A DNA stretch of 64,000 nucleotides, from NCBI RefSeq assembly GCF_009834535.1, contig NC_045698.1, forward strand, positions 6,636,001 through 6,700,000, read 5' to 3'. Positions 37,331-50,065 of the stretch are shown in pieces. A model generated the notes under the pieces. The model worked only from the letters and a program-made list of their open reading frames with translations, was not told the DNA's origin and ran no database searches. Every line of letters begins with the position of its first letter. The stretch's first letter is position 1. Source of the DNA: Camelus ferus. Its lineage: Eukaryota. The position numbers and the translations under genes are program-made.

Positions 37331-39317
37331 GAAAAAAGACACCACTTCAGCCCCATGGCTCCTGGCACAAGCCTGTGCCCCAAACTCCTACTCATCTACC
37401 CATTCAGTTTTCTGTCCATTTGCTCATTTATCCTTTCAACAAAGGGTCCACTGAGGATTTGGAGGCTGCCAATATTCTGGAGGATAATTAAAAGATAACA
37501 TAATAAATGTTTGTTGCTTGCTTGGGAGAATTAAAGCAAATCTGATCACAGAAAATCCCTGCTATTTGACAAAATTCAACTACAAAATGGTCATTTCATA
37601 TGATTCACCGGTGATGTTTTATTCCTCAGTTAGTGAGCACAAACTATTGGGAGGCAAATAACATGTTTCACAACTTGAATTTTTCAAGTTCTTTGTAAGA
37701 GCTCATTTAGACATCATTATAAAATATGAGTATTTTTAGTTAGCAAAGGAGTCTCATATCTGGGGGATTAAAAATCATAGGATAATTTTTAAGGAATCTT
37801 TTGTTCACCTTGTTCCATTTACGGTTAATGCCTGAAATAAGTAATAATGCATGTTCTTTCAAATTTTGATATGTCAGGCCCTTCTCCCAAGTTAATGCAA
37901 AGTTTACGATATTGTACATGTATGGGTACATATTAGAATTCCTTCCATTTACCTTCCAAGAAAAATTCTAACCTAAGACCATCTTTCCGATCCCTCAGGA
38001 GAGAAATGTTTTAAGGTATAATTTCAGATAGCAATTCAAGGAACTGAGCTCAACAAGTTTGGGGAAGATTTTGGTGACAACCATTACACACACTCACAGA
38101 ACTCCTAAATAAACTAAATCATGGTCTATTCAGCTTACTATGCCAATTCCAACAGACGTGTAACTGGAAGTTTCTGTTTAAGGCATTCAAATTTCAGTCC
38201 ACATTTCTGTGGCTGTGAGTGTCAAACACTGCCTTTCCTGGTATCAAGCTTAAGAGTTAGAAACCCTCTCTCAGTAGCCATGAAGGGCCTTTTAATTCAT
38301 GAGCTTATCCAAACCCTCATGGGCTTCACATTCAGGGAGTAATTATAATAGATCCCTGAGCTCTTGGGTGATGCATTTCACAGGTGTATCTCTCACTGTG
38401 CTGCACAGTCCTTCCACAACTACTCAAGAGAGTATCACATCCAAGAGATTTCGTGATACAACCAAGTTCCTCTAATCTACACTATTCATCATGACACAGA
38501 ACTGGAAAATGTCCCATTCTCAGTTTACGCAAAGTCAAGGAGGTGTATCCTTTTTACAACAGAGTCTAACTTTTCTATCTGGATAATTCAGGAGGCAATC
38601 ACAAGGGTGAAAACTATCTGACATTGTAAGCACTTGTGAATATCATTCCAGTTTCTCAGAATCCAAGAAAAAGCATCTCTGCTATACTGGAGGCAACAGC
38701 ACTGATTAGAGAAGTGGAGGACACCGGGTCTCCCAGAAGACCCCTCCAACCTGCAAATACTCCAGTCTGACTTGTCCAGTGCGCCCCAGGCATAATGTAA
38801 AAGCAAAACTAAATCACCCTGTTAATAACCAGGAAACAAATGATTTGAGGGGAGATAACGCTGAATAATGGCATGTAACACAAATGCCAACAATCCCATC
38901 CTCAGACAAAGGGTGACCTCTCTTCCCATCTGCTCTTCTTTGCACAGACATTTTGTTCTCTCTTAGCCAGGAATGAACAATGGAGAATCTGGAAACATCC
39001 CTTATAAAAGTGTGGGAATGAATGAAGGCAGAGGGGTATTCATTGGTTCCAGGTTCCTGACATCAAAGGCTAGAGGAAGTCACAGTTGTGGCTCCCAGAA
39101 GCAAGAGGAGCCGAAACAGCCCCACAGCATGGGAGCAGAACCAGCTCTTCTCAACCTCGCCGAGAAGAGTAAACAAGTGCACAGAATGTTTACTTCTCTC
39201 CTGCATCAGCAATGTGCAAAACACCTTCAAAATAAAGCATCTCTTTTTACATAAAATTGTATTTTATGAAGGGTTTGCGCATGTCTAATCTTTAGCTCCT
39301 CTAAAGACTCCTGAGCG

Positions 39318-39540
39318 TTGGGAGGGATAAATTGCGAGTTTGGGATTGGCAGATACAAACTACTATGTACGGAATAGATAAACAACAACAGCACAGGGAG
39401 CTATATTCAATGGCTTGTAGTAACCTGTAAGGGAAAAGAATACAAAAAAGAGTATGTGTATATGTGCATAAGTGAATCACCGTGCATATACCAGAAACTA
39501 ATATACCATTGTGAATCAACTATATTTTAATAAAAAAATT
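39318..39540 (+). mobile_element. L1 3' end
   Basis: gggagggataaattgcgagtttgggatt...agcacagggagctatattcaa...ccagaaactaat...tgtgaatcaactatattttaataaaaaaa. Confidence 0.85.
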
Positions 39541-39544
39541 TAGT

Positions 39545-39593
39545 AGGAGTGTATAAATCAGTGGTATAGCGTATGCTTAGCATGCACGAGGTC
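39545..39593 (+). mobile_element. Truncated tRNA-Ala-derived (Vic-1-like) SINE
   Basis: tcagtggtatagcgtatgcttagcatgcacgaggtc; same head as the copies at 51082 and 62064, but lacking B-box and tail. Confidence 0.75.
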
Positions 39594-40814
39594 ATGGTCT
39601 TCTAAATTATAATCCAGAGTTATTTTCTTTCTTTTCATTTTTTCATTAGGTATTCAGAGAACTGAGCACACAGTGCACATAGAGTGAATTCAGAACTCAA
39701 CATTCCTGATCGATTCTACCGCTGGATGGACAGTACCCTGGCACTGTGGGCTGACCTTGGGAAGAGCCTGGTCTCGAGCCAACAGGAGCAGAGCGACGCA
39801 TCTTGCTTCTCCTTTTAAGGCATTTTAAATGAATGCCTTGGACACGGTCTCTTTCTGTTCCACTCACAACCAAATCCTTTCAAGGAAAGCACCCATGTGG
39901 TTGAGCTGCAGATTATTTTTATCTGTTTTTAAGAGTCACACAAACTTAACCTGAACCAATATGTTCCCCTGCATGTTCTTCCTGAATTGCAGTCAAAGTT
40001 TTTCAGTAATTAAGCACGTCTCCTAGAGCGTTGTGAACCAAATAGTGCTGTGTGCCAAAGCAAGGAAAGCATTAATGAAAATGAAAAATAAAACGCAGCC
40101 AAGTTCAAGTAGCAAAAGCGTTCTGCCTCCTTTCATTGAAATGAGATGCAAAAGAAAAAGCATGCAAAGTGAGGAGTGAAGTGTGTTCATGGTTGTCAGT
40201 GTGAACCCTCCCACTGAAATCTTAAGAAAATTAATCTCCCATCTCAAGAACCAAAAAAGAAAAAAAAATTACAGTCACATGGGTTTAAAGTATGTTTCAG
40301 TAAATTTCAGAACACTAACTAGTCCCTCCTCTAACATTATTACGCTCAGAATTCTACTGTCCCTAGAGGGGGGAGGAAATAATCCCAAGTGAATTCTCTC
40401 TGCATTGCATCCAAAAAGATACTAAATTCTCTAGATTCCATCAAATTGTTGTAAAAAAAAATGTTTTCTTTCTAACATGTGTTTATCAAATCTAAAATAT
40501 GTACAGCTTAGGGAGGAGCGTCCCAGAAAATTCCAGCCACTGGGAACACATATTTATTTTGCGGGGGACAAGAGGGAGAAGAGGATGGCAAGGTTGGGAA
40601 CAAAGAGATCATCACGTCCTCAGCAAAATCTACCATCTCGGATTGCTCTAGGTCTCGGTGGTAGCAGCTCCGACACAAAACAGACGGTACAGCACAGAGC
40701 TGGGACACAAGATGCCAAGAAACCACGGAACCACTGGTTCTGTTGACTTCCAAAGCGTTTCCAAACAATCCACACCCCCAGAGTCAGCTTCTGAATTTTC
40801 ACATTTTTTCATTT

Positions 40815-41312
40815 TTATTCATTTTTTAATTGAAGTACAGTCAGTTATAATGTGTCAATTTCAGGTGTACAGCACAATGTCCCAGTCATGCATAAATATA
40901 TGTATATTCATTTTCATATTCTTTTGTTTTTCATCTATTTTTTATATAGTACATAACAACTGCAAATCTTGAACTCCCAAATTTATCCCTTCCCACCCCA
41001 CTTCCCTGGTAACTGTAAGATTGCTTACTATGTCTGCCAGTCTGTTTGTTTTGTAGACGAGTTCATTAGTATCCTCTTTTCCTTCTTTTTTTTTTTTTAA
41101 GATTCCACATATGAGTGATATCATAAGGTATTCTTTCTCTTTCTGGCTTACTTCATTTAGAAAGACAATCTCCAGGTTCATCCATGTTGCTGCAAATGAC
41201 ATTATTTTATTCTTTTTTATGGCTGAGTAGTATTCCATCGTATAAATATACCACAACTTCTTTATCCAGTCCTCTCTCAATGGACATTCAGGTTGCTTCC
41301 AGGTCATGGCTA
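40815..41312 (-). mobile_element. L1 ORF2 C-terminus plus 3'UTR (relatively young)
   Basis: ORF 40942..41322 reads TWKQPECP...[33 protein letters not shown], the L1 ORF2 C-terminus. Confidence 0.9.
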
Positions 41313-41455
41313 ATTTTTGCACTTTAATTCTCCACTCATTCCAATCACTATAGCTGTTACAGCAACATGCTTCTTATACATTTCAATATTAATTTTATTT
41401 TTTAAAAACTCAATGTTCTTAGACAAAACTCTTGCTAATTAGGTAGGGAAGTGAC

Positions 41456-41965
41456 GTGTTAGCTTCCTATGGAACAAACTACCGCTATAACACATGATGA
41501 TAAACTTGGTGGCTTAAAACAACTCAAATTTATTCCCTTGCATTTCTGAAGGTCAGAAATTTGAAGCAGGCCTCCCTGGGATGAAACCAAGACCTCAGCA
41601 GGGCTACGCAGAAGGCTCTAGATGGAATGCGTCTCCTTGTCTTTTCCAGTTTTGAGCGCTACACTCTTGCATCCATTGGCTCCAATCATCACTTCCATCT
41701 TCAAGCCAACAGCAGAGCACCTTCAGATCTCTTCTTGCTCCGTCTTCACATCCCCCTCTCCTTTCTGTCTGTCGCAAATATTCAGCTGCTTCCCCTTCAT
41801 AACGACTCTCGTGATTACATTCAGAACTCTGTGGACAAGCAGGATAATCTCCCATCACAAGACCCTTAACTCAGTCACATCTGCCAAGTTCCTTTTGCCA
41901 TGTAAGGTGACGTTCCCAGGTTCCAGGAATTAGAAAGGGACATCTTTGGGGTCCTCTATTATCAC
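41456..41965 (-). mobile_element. MaLR solo LTR (MLT1D-like)
   Basis: aaacttggtggcttaaaacaac...ggtcagaaatttga...tccatcttcaagcca...caggataatctcccatc...ccttttgccatgtaaggt. Confidence 0.85.
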
Positions 41966-42524
41966 GTGGTGCATCAAGACACATGCACTGTGCATCATAT
42001 GTGGGAGGATACAGTTTTCACAACCCACTAGTCCATCGTGCAATCAAAAACTGGACAGAAACTTTTTTATAAGTTGATATAGGGGAGCTTCGTAACAGTA
42101 AGAGTACTTGGCAACTTTCACTAAGACCTTTGAAATAAGTGTGAAAATGCATGCCTAATGTGGCTGCAGCAACAGAGGGCTGAGCAGAAAGCTTGAGAGG
42201 CGTGCAACGTCCTCAATTAATCCTGCATCATCTAAGAACTACATAAACAGAAGAGCTTTCAGCTGCTAACAAAGCAATGGCTAAGTTTCGTCCCGCCCCG
42301 GCCAGTGCAGAGCGCGTGCAGCTAACCCAGCAATGACCCGGGAATGGCAGCCACCAAGGAGGTGCCGCCACTTTCAGATTGGACTCCTGAGCAGAAACTG
42401 ATGGGGCAGAGAAAGCGAAGAAAACATTTTCATGGCAGCTTAAAATCTGAAAATAAATTTAGCACGGGATTTGCATTTCTTAACCTCCCTAAGAAAGTAT
42501 GCTAAAATCCAGCTCTGCTCCCAG

Positions 42525-42810
42525 TGCACACAAATACACACACCACACAAAACACATGCCACATGCATGCGTAAATATATAAACGTGCGCACCACATAAA
42601 CATGCAGACACAGAGACAGAGATACACACGACCCCATGTGTTTAGACAGAAAGACACACAAGATCACACACCACATGCACACACAGGGACCAGGTGCATA
42701 CAGACCCACCCAGGCACCACACGTGCACGCACACACTGACACATACATGCAAATTCACACAGACGCGCATGCACACACAGATACATGCAGAGACATACCA
42801 GACACCCGTG
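42525..42810. repeat. Degenerate (CA)-rich low-complexity tract
   Basis: Interrupted acac/atgc/acag runs over about 280 bp. Confidence 0.8.
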
Positions 42811-43791
42811 AAGTGCAAGAGCCATCTTAACGGTAGAGAGACCTGAAAGGCCTCCAAGTGTAAGGGATTTTGGAGCGTCATCACTTGGGGTTGGGGGTGC
42901 AGGGGTGACCCACTCAGAATCTCTAGAAAAACAGATTCCTCGTACCCACGGTTTCCACATGCTCTCACAGGGATCCTTCACGTACTCGGTCACACAGGGT
43001 ATCATCCACAGGGGGCACATTTCAAAAATTTAAAAAACTGCCTTCACTTTTGTGTGAACCAAAGAATCTTTATCATCTCCCCCAAAGGAACCCAGTGGAA
43101 GAGGAATGATGGCTTGTATGGCCTTCCATTTACTGGAAGGTTGGCCATTTCCTGAGACGTTGGCTCATCAAAGCATCCAGGAGCCCCTGAAGGGCGTCGA
43201 GGGGCAAATGGGTGGGAGGAGTCCTGGAGCCACACTGGAGTGACACCCCGTGGGAGACGTGGGACTCCCTGAGAGGAGTCTGCGAACCACAGCTCCACAG
43301 ACACGCTTACTTAAACATGCCCGTCAGACTCTGAAATTTGCGTAAAATCCCAATGGGGGCAACACCAGTACCACTGAACTGAAAACAATCTCTCCGTTCT
43401 ACCAAATCCTGGAATTATTCCCACATCAGCTTCTCTGGAAGGAAGTAGCGAAAAATGTCAATCATACCAGCTTCTGATTATTTACTTTCTTCTCAACGAC
43501 ATTAACACAGGAACATCTATGGCTTTTTGGTCAAGAAGGTACAATAAAAAAAAAAATTCCCAAGTCCTGATGGATGGGGAAAAAAGCCCATGATTGCAGT
43601 CACCATTCAAAGAACAAACCCCAGTGGAAAAACGAATTCTGCGATGCCTGTTGATAATCACATTTTTTCCTAAATAAAGGACAGTGAGGTTCAGTGGGAA
43701 TTTTACCTAGCCTGCTCACTAAATGTCTATGGAGGAGGAAAAGGGATTTACTCTGAGGTTTTTAAGGCTTCCAGAGCTTTGCACAGTGTAA

Positions 43792-43959
43792 CTGTGGTTA
43801 CTCAGAGTGAGGGTCCAGGACCAGTGGCATCAGCATCTTCGGGGAGCTTATCGGAAGTGCAGCATCTCAGGCCCCATCCAGGAACCACTGGGTCAGTTTC
43901 CACATTTTCACAGAACCCCCAGATGCTGTGTACGTACTTTGAGGGACGCGAAGCAGTGG
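43792..43959 (+). mobile_element. MER5A/MER5A1 hAT-Charlie MITE
   Basis: gtggttactcagagtg...ggaccagtggcatcagcatc...ctcaggccccatccag...gaagcagtg. Confidence 0.75.
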
Positions 43960-44339
43960 AATAAACACCAGGAGTGCAATCAAGACCAAAAACGGTCACT
44001 TGTTAGTTTACTTTTTCAAACTCTTGACTATAAATAATTTCTGTTATTAATGAAGCTAGTTGGCAATGACTTGGAATTCCTCAGCTAACAGGATGAGTTT
44101 GAATACAATTAATCAGTGAAATGGCCAGTTTTTGTGCATCATTAAAGTTTACAAAGATTATCTTCCCAGCTCATTATGAAGAAAATAGTATCACCAAAGA
44201 ATCTAGGGGCCGCACCTTCCCCCTGAGCTGCCTCCCTCCCGTTTGCTTTCCTGTTAGCATAACAACTCACACTTGCAGGCTTGGAACACACACAAAAAGC
44301 AAACTAATACAAAGGAGCTTTCCTCCTTCTGGTCATGGT

Positions 44340-44615
44340 TTATGGTAGCAACAGGTGAGAAAGGTCAAGACAAGCAGTGATTTACATCATCCCATGCAAA
44401 AGAGACAGGAGCAGTAACCATGGCAACCAGACAAAAACTTCAAAAATGACTTGCAGTTTACAAAGGTCAGAGCAGCTCTATTTCTCCACCCCACCCTACC
44501 CCACACCCCCCCCCGCCAGAAAAAAAGTGGACAAATCCACCAAAACTTTTCCCAGAAATAGCCAAATTTTCAGAAGACGGTAACACGGGCCTACACAGAT
44601 TGTCTGATTGGCTGT
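44340..44615. promoter_or_regulatory. Candidate cis-regulatory module (RFX X-box, 2 NBRE, C-rich/GC box, CCAAT)
   Basis: GTAACCATGGCAAC at 44414-44427; AAAGGTCA at 44360-44367 and 44462-44469; C-runs at 44489-44514; CTGATTGGCTG at 44604-44614. Motif evidence only. Confidence 0.4.
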
Positions 44616-45583
44616 GGAATTATTAAATTATATGTTTTTTACAATTGGGTTAGTTAGGTGTGACTCAATTTAAATCTAGGGTTTCATGTCTTCTAAAGCT
44701 AAAATGGGCCCTTACTAGAGTCAGCTCATCCTTTAGGTAAAAGGTATATTCTCTTGGAGGTGGATTAACTCTTGAAGGTCAACAGGGCAGCATCTCACCA
44801 ATTTTCAAGATTTAAGAAATTCATGTAACTTCTAAAGGGTCCAATTTACACCTAAGGAAGATGAATGATCTCAAGGATCCTGCCTATTAAGTGTTTACTA
44901 AGTGGTCCTCTACAGATTTCCTATGGAAGGATCAATCTGGATTCACACATTATTTACAGAGAGAAAATGAAGGAGGAACACTTTGACGCTTAATGCCAGC
45001 TGGCCCACTGCCTAGAGACATCCATCCGTCCAATTCCACTGCCACAAGCAACACACCCTGGGGGTTTTTGTAGATTCTCCTACTTAGCTGTTTGACGCTC
45101 TCTCTCCCTCACTGCCACTTCAGGTATTACCTTCTCCCTTTTCAGATCAGCTTGTGCCCTGCCTGATGCTGAGTGCAGCCCCACCAGGAGAAACCAGCCA
45201 CTTCATTAACAAAAGGAGACGGTACAGAATCACAACAGAATGGAGAAAAAAAAAAAAAACTGTCAATTGGAGTCTCCGTGATACTTTGATAGCCCAGAAG
45301 GACATATTTATCTTTCACTAATTTTTTTCATTCCACATCACAGCAGAAAATATTTTTGAGCTTGATAAATGAAAGCTCATTTGGAGCACCTGCTATCTGA
45401 ATTACCACTCTCGGGGCTAAATTAATAACTCTGGCATATTATAAAGACATAAATGTAAAGCTGAGTTCCAGCCTTCCCACCGTATTTATGTGAGTTTTTG
45501 CCTCATTTTGTGTGTTTGTGTTTGGTTTTCCTCCTTTCTCTGCAAACCATGTCGCCACTCATCGCCACCATGTTATTACTCAC

Positions 45584-45674
45584 CGGCGGAGTGTACAAAT
45601 AAAAGCTGACCTTGTTTGCAAAGTCTTCCTGATTGTGACTTTTTTTGAGTGAGAGCCTCACTTCCAGCTGAAAT
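45584..45674 (-). other. Candidate internal exon of an unidentified minus-strand transcript
   Basis: Acceptor ttctttttag, with an alternative CAG 7 nt downstream giving 84 nt; donor CCG|GTGAGT; repeat-free context. No recognisable peptide. Confidence 0.3.
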
Positions 45675-46619
45675 CTAAAAAGAACTCTGAAACATTTCAA
45701 AATTAAACATTTGCATCCACTTTGTGCCTACCACATTGCTGATGGATCTACAAAAAAAAAAAAAAAATTTTAACGCTGGTTTTTTTTTACATGGTATTAA
45801 CATAGGACCACACCCTGGAATTTTCCATGGCTCAGCTCAGGGTTTACAAAGCAAGAAGAAGCTTTCCATCACCAAAATGCAAAAACAACCTGAACTAGCT
45901 GCCACGACCACTCTAGCGTCTTAATTTGGCGCTAATTCTCTAATTTGCTCATTTATTTTCTCTCACCACGTAATTAACGCTGACAGCAGCCTTTGTGAGG
46001 TTGGCCACGGACTGTTCCATGTCTCAGTAGAAGGAAAAATTCCTTAGATATGTTTCCAATTGCTGTGCATGTACTGAAGCCAAGAACCAGCAAACTATCA
46101 CAAGATCCACTTAATGAAGTGCTGAAACCAGCGAGGCCTAAGACATCGAAGACCGGGCCTAGACCAGCACGGGCTGGTTTTTCAGACCTATAAATGGACT
46201 ACACCGTCATTACATTCTAACATAGCATCTATGAGGGGACCCGCTACACCTGTTACATTACCCCCTCCCTTTGCAGAGCGGATATTTCCAACTGATGCTC
46301 ATGCATTTCCCTGATTGAAACCCATTTTAATCCTCCTAGACCGTGTGCTTCCACAAATATCATCACAGCACACACGGTAACCAGAAGTTCAGACCTTTAT
46401 AAAGAAAAGCACTGGAGAAAAACGGAGAGCCACTGAACCTCACAATCCTCAGAATCGAAATTATTAGAAAAGTTTGCAGAAAAAAGCCAAATGATCCCCA
46501 CCAACAGCATCTGAGGAAGGCCCATCACTGTGGCCCAGTATCAGGCCTTATTCACCCCCAGACTGTAACCTCAGTTGTAGGGGAGCATTGTCCAAAGGCT
46601 GTGACCATTCTTTCTACAA

Positions 46620-46790
46620 ATCATTCATTCATTCACTTGCTCATCCAATATTTTTTGAGCACCTACTGTGTGCCAGGCACCATTGCAGGGGCTGAGTGTC
46701 AAGTGAACAAAGCCAGCCCTCTGCCCTCCTGGGCCGGCCCTCCAGGGAAGGGGACACTAACCAGACAGACACAGAAGCCCAGGGGAAGAC
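46620..46790 (-). mobile_element. L2 3' end
   Basis: tcattcattcattcac...tttgagcacctactgtgtgccaggcac. Confidence 0.75.
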
Positions 46791-46987
46791 AGCAGGACAC
46801 AGGGTAGCAGGTGGCTGGGACAGGATGCTGAGACGGCCCCGGGAAGGAGAGGATCAGTAAGCCCAGAGGGAAGGAGGGCCAGACGGGGTCGGGGGCAGCA
46901 AGGCTGGGAAGCAGGGACCACAGAGTGGAGCTCACTTCGGGCCGTGGGCCCCTCCAGAGGCTCTGGATTTATATATATTCCATGTTT

Positions 46988-47525
46988 CATACCATCTCAG
47001 CCAGGTGATCAAGTCAACACCATCGGTCACAAGTCATGCTGATCGCTGTACCCCTGAAACCCACGAGGACAGCACTTCACCTCGGTGGCTTTCCTCCCAA
47101 AACTCATAACTACCATTTAGTCCAGAGAAAAACATCAGACAAACCCAAACTGAGAGACAGTTTACAGACTGCCTGACCAGCATTCCTCAAAACTGTCATG
47201 GTCATCGCAAACATGGACAAGTCTGAGAAACTGTCACAGCCCCAAGGAACCTAGGAGGACATGACAAGTTAATCTGGTATCCTCCATGGGGTCCTGGAAC
47301 ATGATCCCACGAGAAAGGCCATGAGGGGAAAACTGAGGAAGTCCAAATAAAGTATGGACCTTAGTTAACACTAACGTAATAGCGCGTCACTGCTGGTGCT
47401 TCCCGGTGACCACACAGCACGCTATTGTAAGACGTTAACAACGGGGAGCTCCAGATGCATGGGACATGGGAACGCGGTACTATCCTAGCAACCTTTCTGT
47501 AAATCTAAAACTATCTGAAAATTTG
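46988..47525 (+). mobile_element. L1MD-type 3' end
   Basis: aaaacatcagacaaacccaaactgagagaca, ctcaaaactgtcatggtcat, ctgagaaactgtcacag, ttctgtaaatctaaaactat. Confidence 0.8.
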
Positions 47526-48736
47526 ATTTTTTAGCTTATCTTGTTAAAAACATGCCAAGGCTCTCTGTCTAGAAATAATGATCCTGGAATAAATACAAAC
47601 TAAAACAAAAATGATGGTTAAGGATGGAGTAAGTATTTCAGGATTTAATGCCTCTCTGTATGTTACTGCTAAGGGGAATCAAACCTACCTGAACCCTCAA
47701 AGCCAGCCCATTCCATTCCTTAGGCCCTAGTTCTTTCCTCTGGGGCACCAATGACAAGGAAAACCTCCCTCCCAGTCAACAGTCCTTCAAGTCTTTGGCG
47801 AGAATGCTCTTCAACTCAAGTACTTTCTTGCCTTCGCTAGGTTCCAAACTTCCTGCAGCAACAATGCATGTCGGTGTGTCCCTGGTGTGTCTGTGTTTGT
47901 CATGTCTCCAGGGAGGGGGCCTGGCTTCTCCCAAGGAGGAGGTAACAGGTGAGAGTGTCTGCCTGATATATCTGAAGGGATGCTCAGGTTAGGGCGCTGA
48001 CACACCTGTCCCCAAGCCCCTCCTTTAACTTCTCCAAGGTCCAGAGCATGGGCCCAAGGTGGCCTCTCTGTATGAGAGGCCCCCGTCTGTGGGGATTAAA
48101 CCTTCTCAAAGATCTCCCCTCTTCCCTCCTCTGTCACCCTCGCAGACAAACACAATGCCTATATCCACGGATTATTCAATAAAGGATGCTGCCAACTTCC
48201 AGGGAGTAAAGTAAGATCAAGCTAATGTAATAAAGGATCTCACACCTCCGGAGCAGCCAGGTGACACATACAAGAGAGAAAATAAGGAAAGACAAGGGCC
48301 ACGTGCAAATAAAGGGACGTGCATCCAGAACGATGCCTCACTCTCCTGAATGGTTTTAACTCTAGGGGTTCCACATGAACAATTTTAATCTAGAAAGTCA
48401 AACCAAGACTTCGAGGTTCAAATTAACTATGGAATTAATGATGTTTAACAGAAAATAAAATCTCCTAAATTCAGTCTCCAATGAGTCTTAAGATAAGCGT
48501 CCCCTTTTTCATGTTTTAGTTGTGGAAACTCATCACAGGTCTTCATCAAATTGGTTTCCCACTGAAACGGAAGTCACGCCGCCTTTTACACAGTCAGGAC
48601 AATGCAGCTGCTTTTAACATTATTTAGACAGTTCATCAGAGGTATTTTTTTTTATTTTCCAAACTATTATGCACATGTACATTTTCAGGTTAAGTTAAAT
48701 AAAGAAATAAGCAGTTTTACAAGACAAAACAAATAG

Positions 48737-50065
48737 TGGATGCAGCACAAAGCAGTTCTAAGAAGGAAGTTTATAGTGATACACGCTTACCTCGGAAAAC
48801 AAGAAAAATCTCAAATAAACAACCTAATCTTACACCTAAAGCAACTAGAGAAAGAAGAACAACCAAAACTCAAAGTTAGTAAAAGGAAAGAAACCATAAA
48901 GCAGAGCAGAAACAAATGAAATAGAGACTAAAAAAGAAAACAATAGAAAAGATCAATGAAACTAAAAACTGGTTCTTTGAAAAGATAAACAAAACTGATA
49001 AACCTTAAGCCAGACTCACCAAGAAAAAAAAAAAAGGAAAGGGTCCAAATCAATAAAATCAGAAGGAAAAAAGGAGGAGTTACAACCAACACGACAGCAA
49101 GACAAAGGATCACAAGCGGCTACTACAAGCAACGACAGGACAATAAAATGGACAAACTAGAAGAAATGGACAAGTTCTTCGAAAGGTACAATCTCCCAAG
49201 ACTGAACCAGGAAGAAATAGAAAATATGAAGAAACCTGTAATGAAAACATATAAAAAAGAATATATGTATGTTTGTATAACTGAATCACTATGCTGTACA
49301 CCAGAAACTGATACAACATTGTAAATCAACTATACCTCAAGTTTCAAAAATGTCTTTAAAAACGGAAATATAAACAGATGAGTTATAGTACTGAAATTGA
49401 ATCAGTAATTGAATAGTTTCCAACAAATAAAAGTCTAGGACCAGATGGCTTCACAGGTGAATTCTACCAAGCATTCAGGGAAGACTCAACACCTATCCCT
49501 CAGAAACCATTCTCAAAATTTGCAGAGGAAAGAACACCTCCAAACTCATCCTACAAGGCAACCATCATCCTGGTATCAAAGGCAGACAAAGATATCTCAC
49601 ACACACACACAAAGTTCCAACATCGCTGATGAACATGGATGCAAAAACCCTCAACAAAATACAAGTAAACTTCACTAAGTGAAGTAAGCCAGACAGAGAA
49701 AGACAAATATCATATTAATCTAATAAAAAATGACACATATAAACTCATTTACAAACCAGAAATAGATTCTCAGACATAGAAAACAAACTTATGGTTACCA
49801 AAGGCAAAAGGTGGGGGAGAGATAAATTAGGAGTTTGGGATTAACAGATACACGGTAATATATATATATAATATATAAACAATAAGGGCCCACTGTATAG
49901 CAAAGGGAACTATATCCAATATCTTATAATAACCTATAATGGAAAAGAATCTGAAAAAGAACATATACATGTATGTATAACTAAATCACTTTGCTGTACA
50001 CCTGAAACCAATGCAACATGGCAAATCAACTATACTTCAATTAAAAATAAAAATTTTTTAATTTT
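48737..50065 (+). mobile_element. Composite L1: ORF2 linker/early RT segment, nested L1 tail, then 3'UTR
   Basis: ORF2 text (aagatcaatgaaactaaaaactggttctttgaaaagat; SLMNMDAKTLNKI near 49620-49660) joined at about 49670 to the ORF2 end/3'UTR and an A-rich tail. Confidence 0.9.

Noticed and set aside
40942..41322. 126-aa ORF as a cellular gene
   Set aside because: L1 ORF2 terminus reading through into the 3'UTR.
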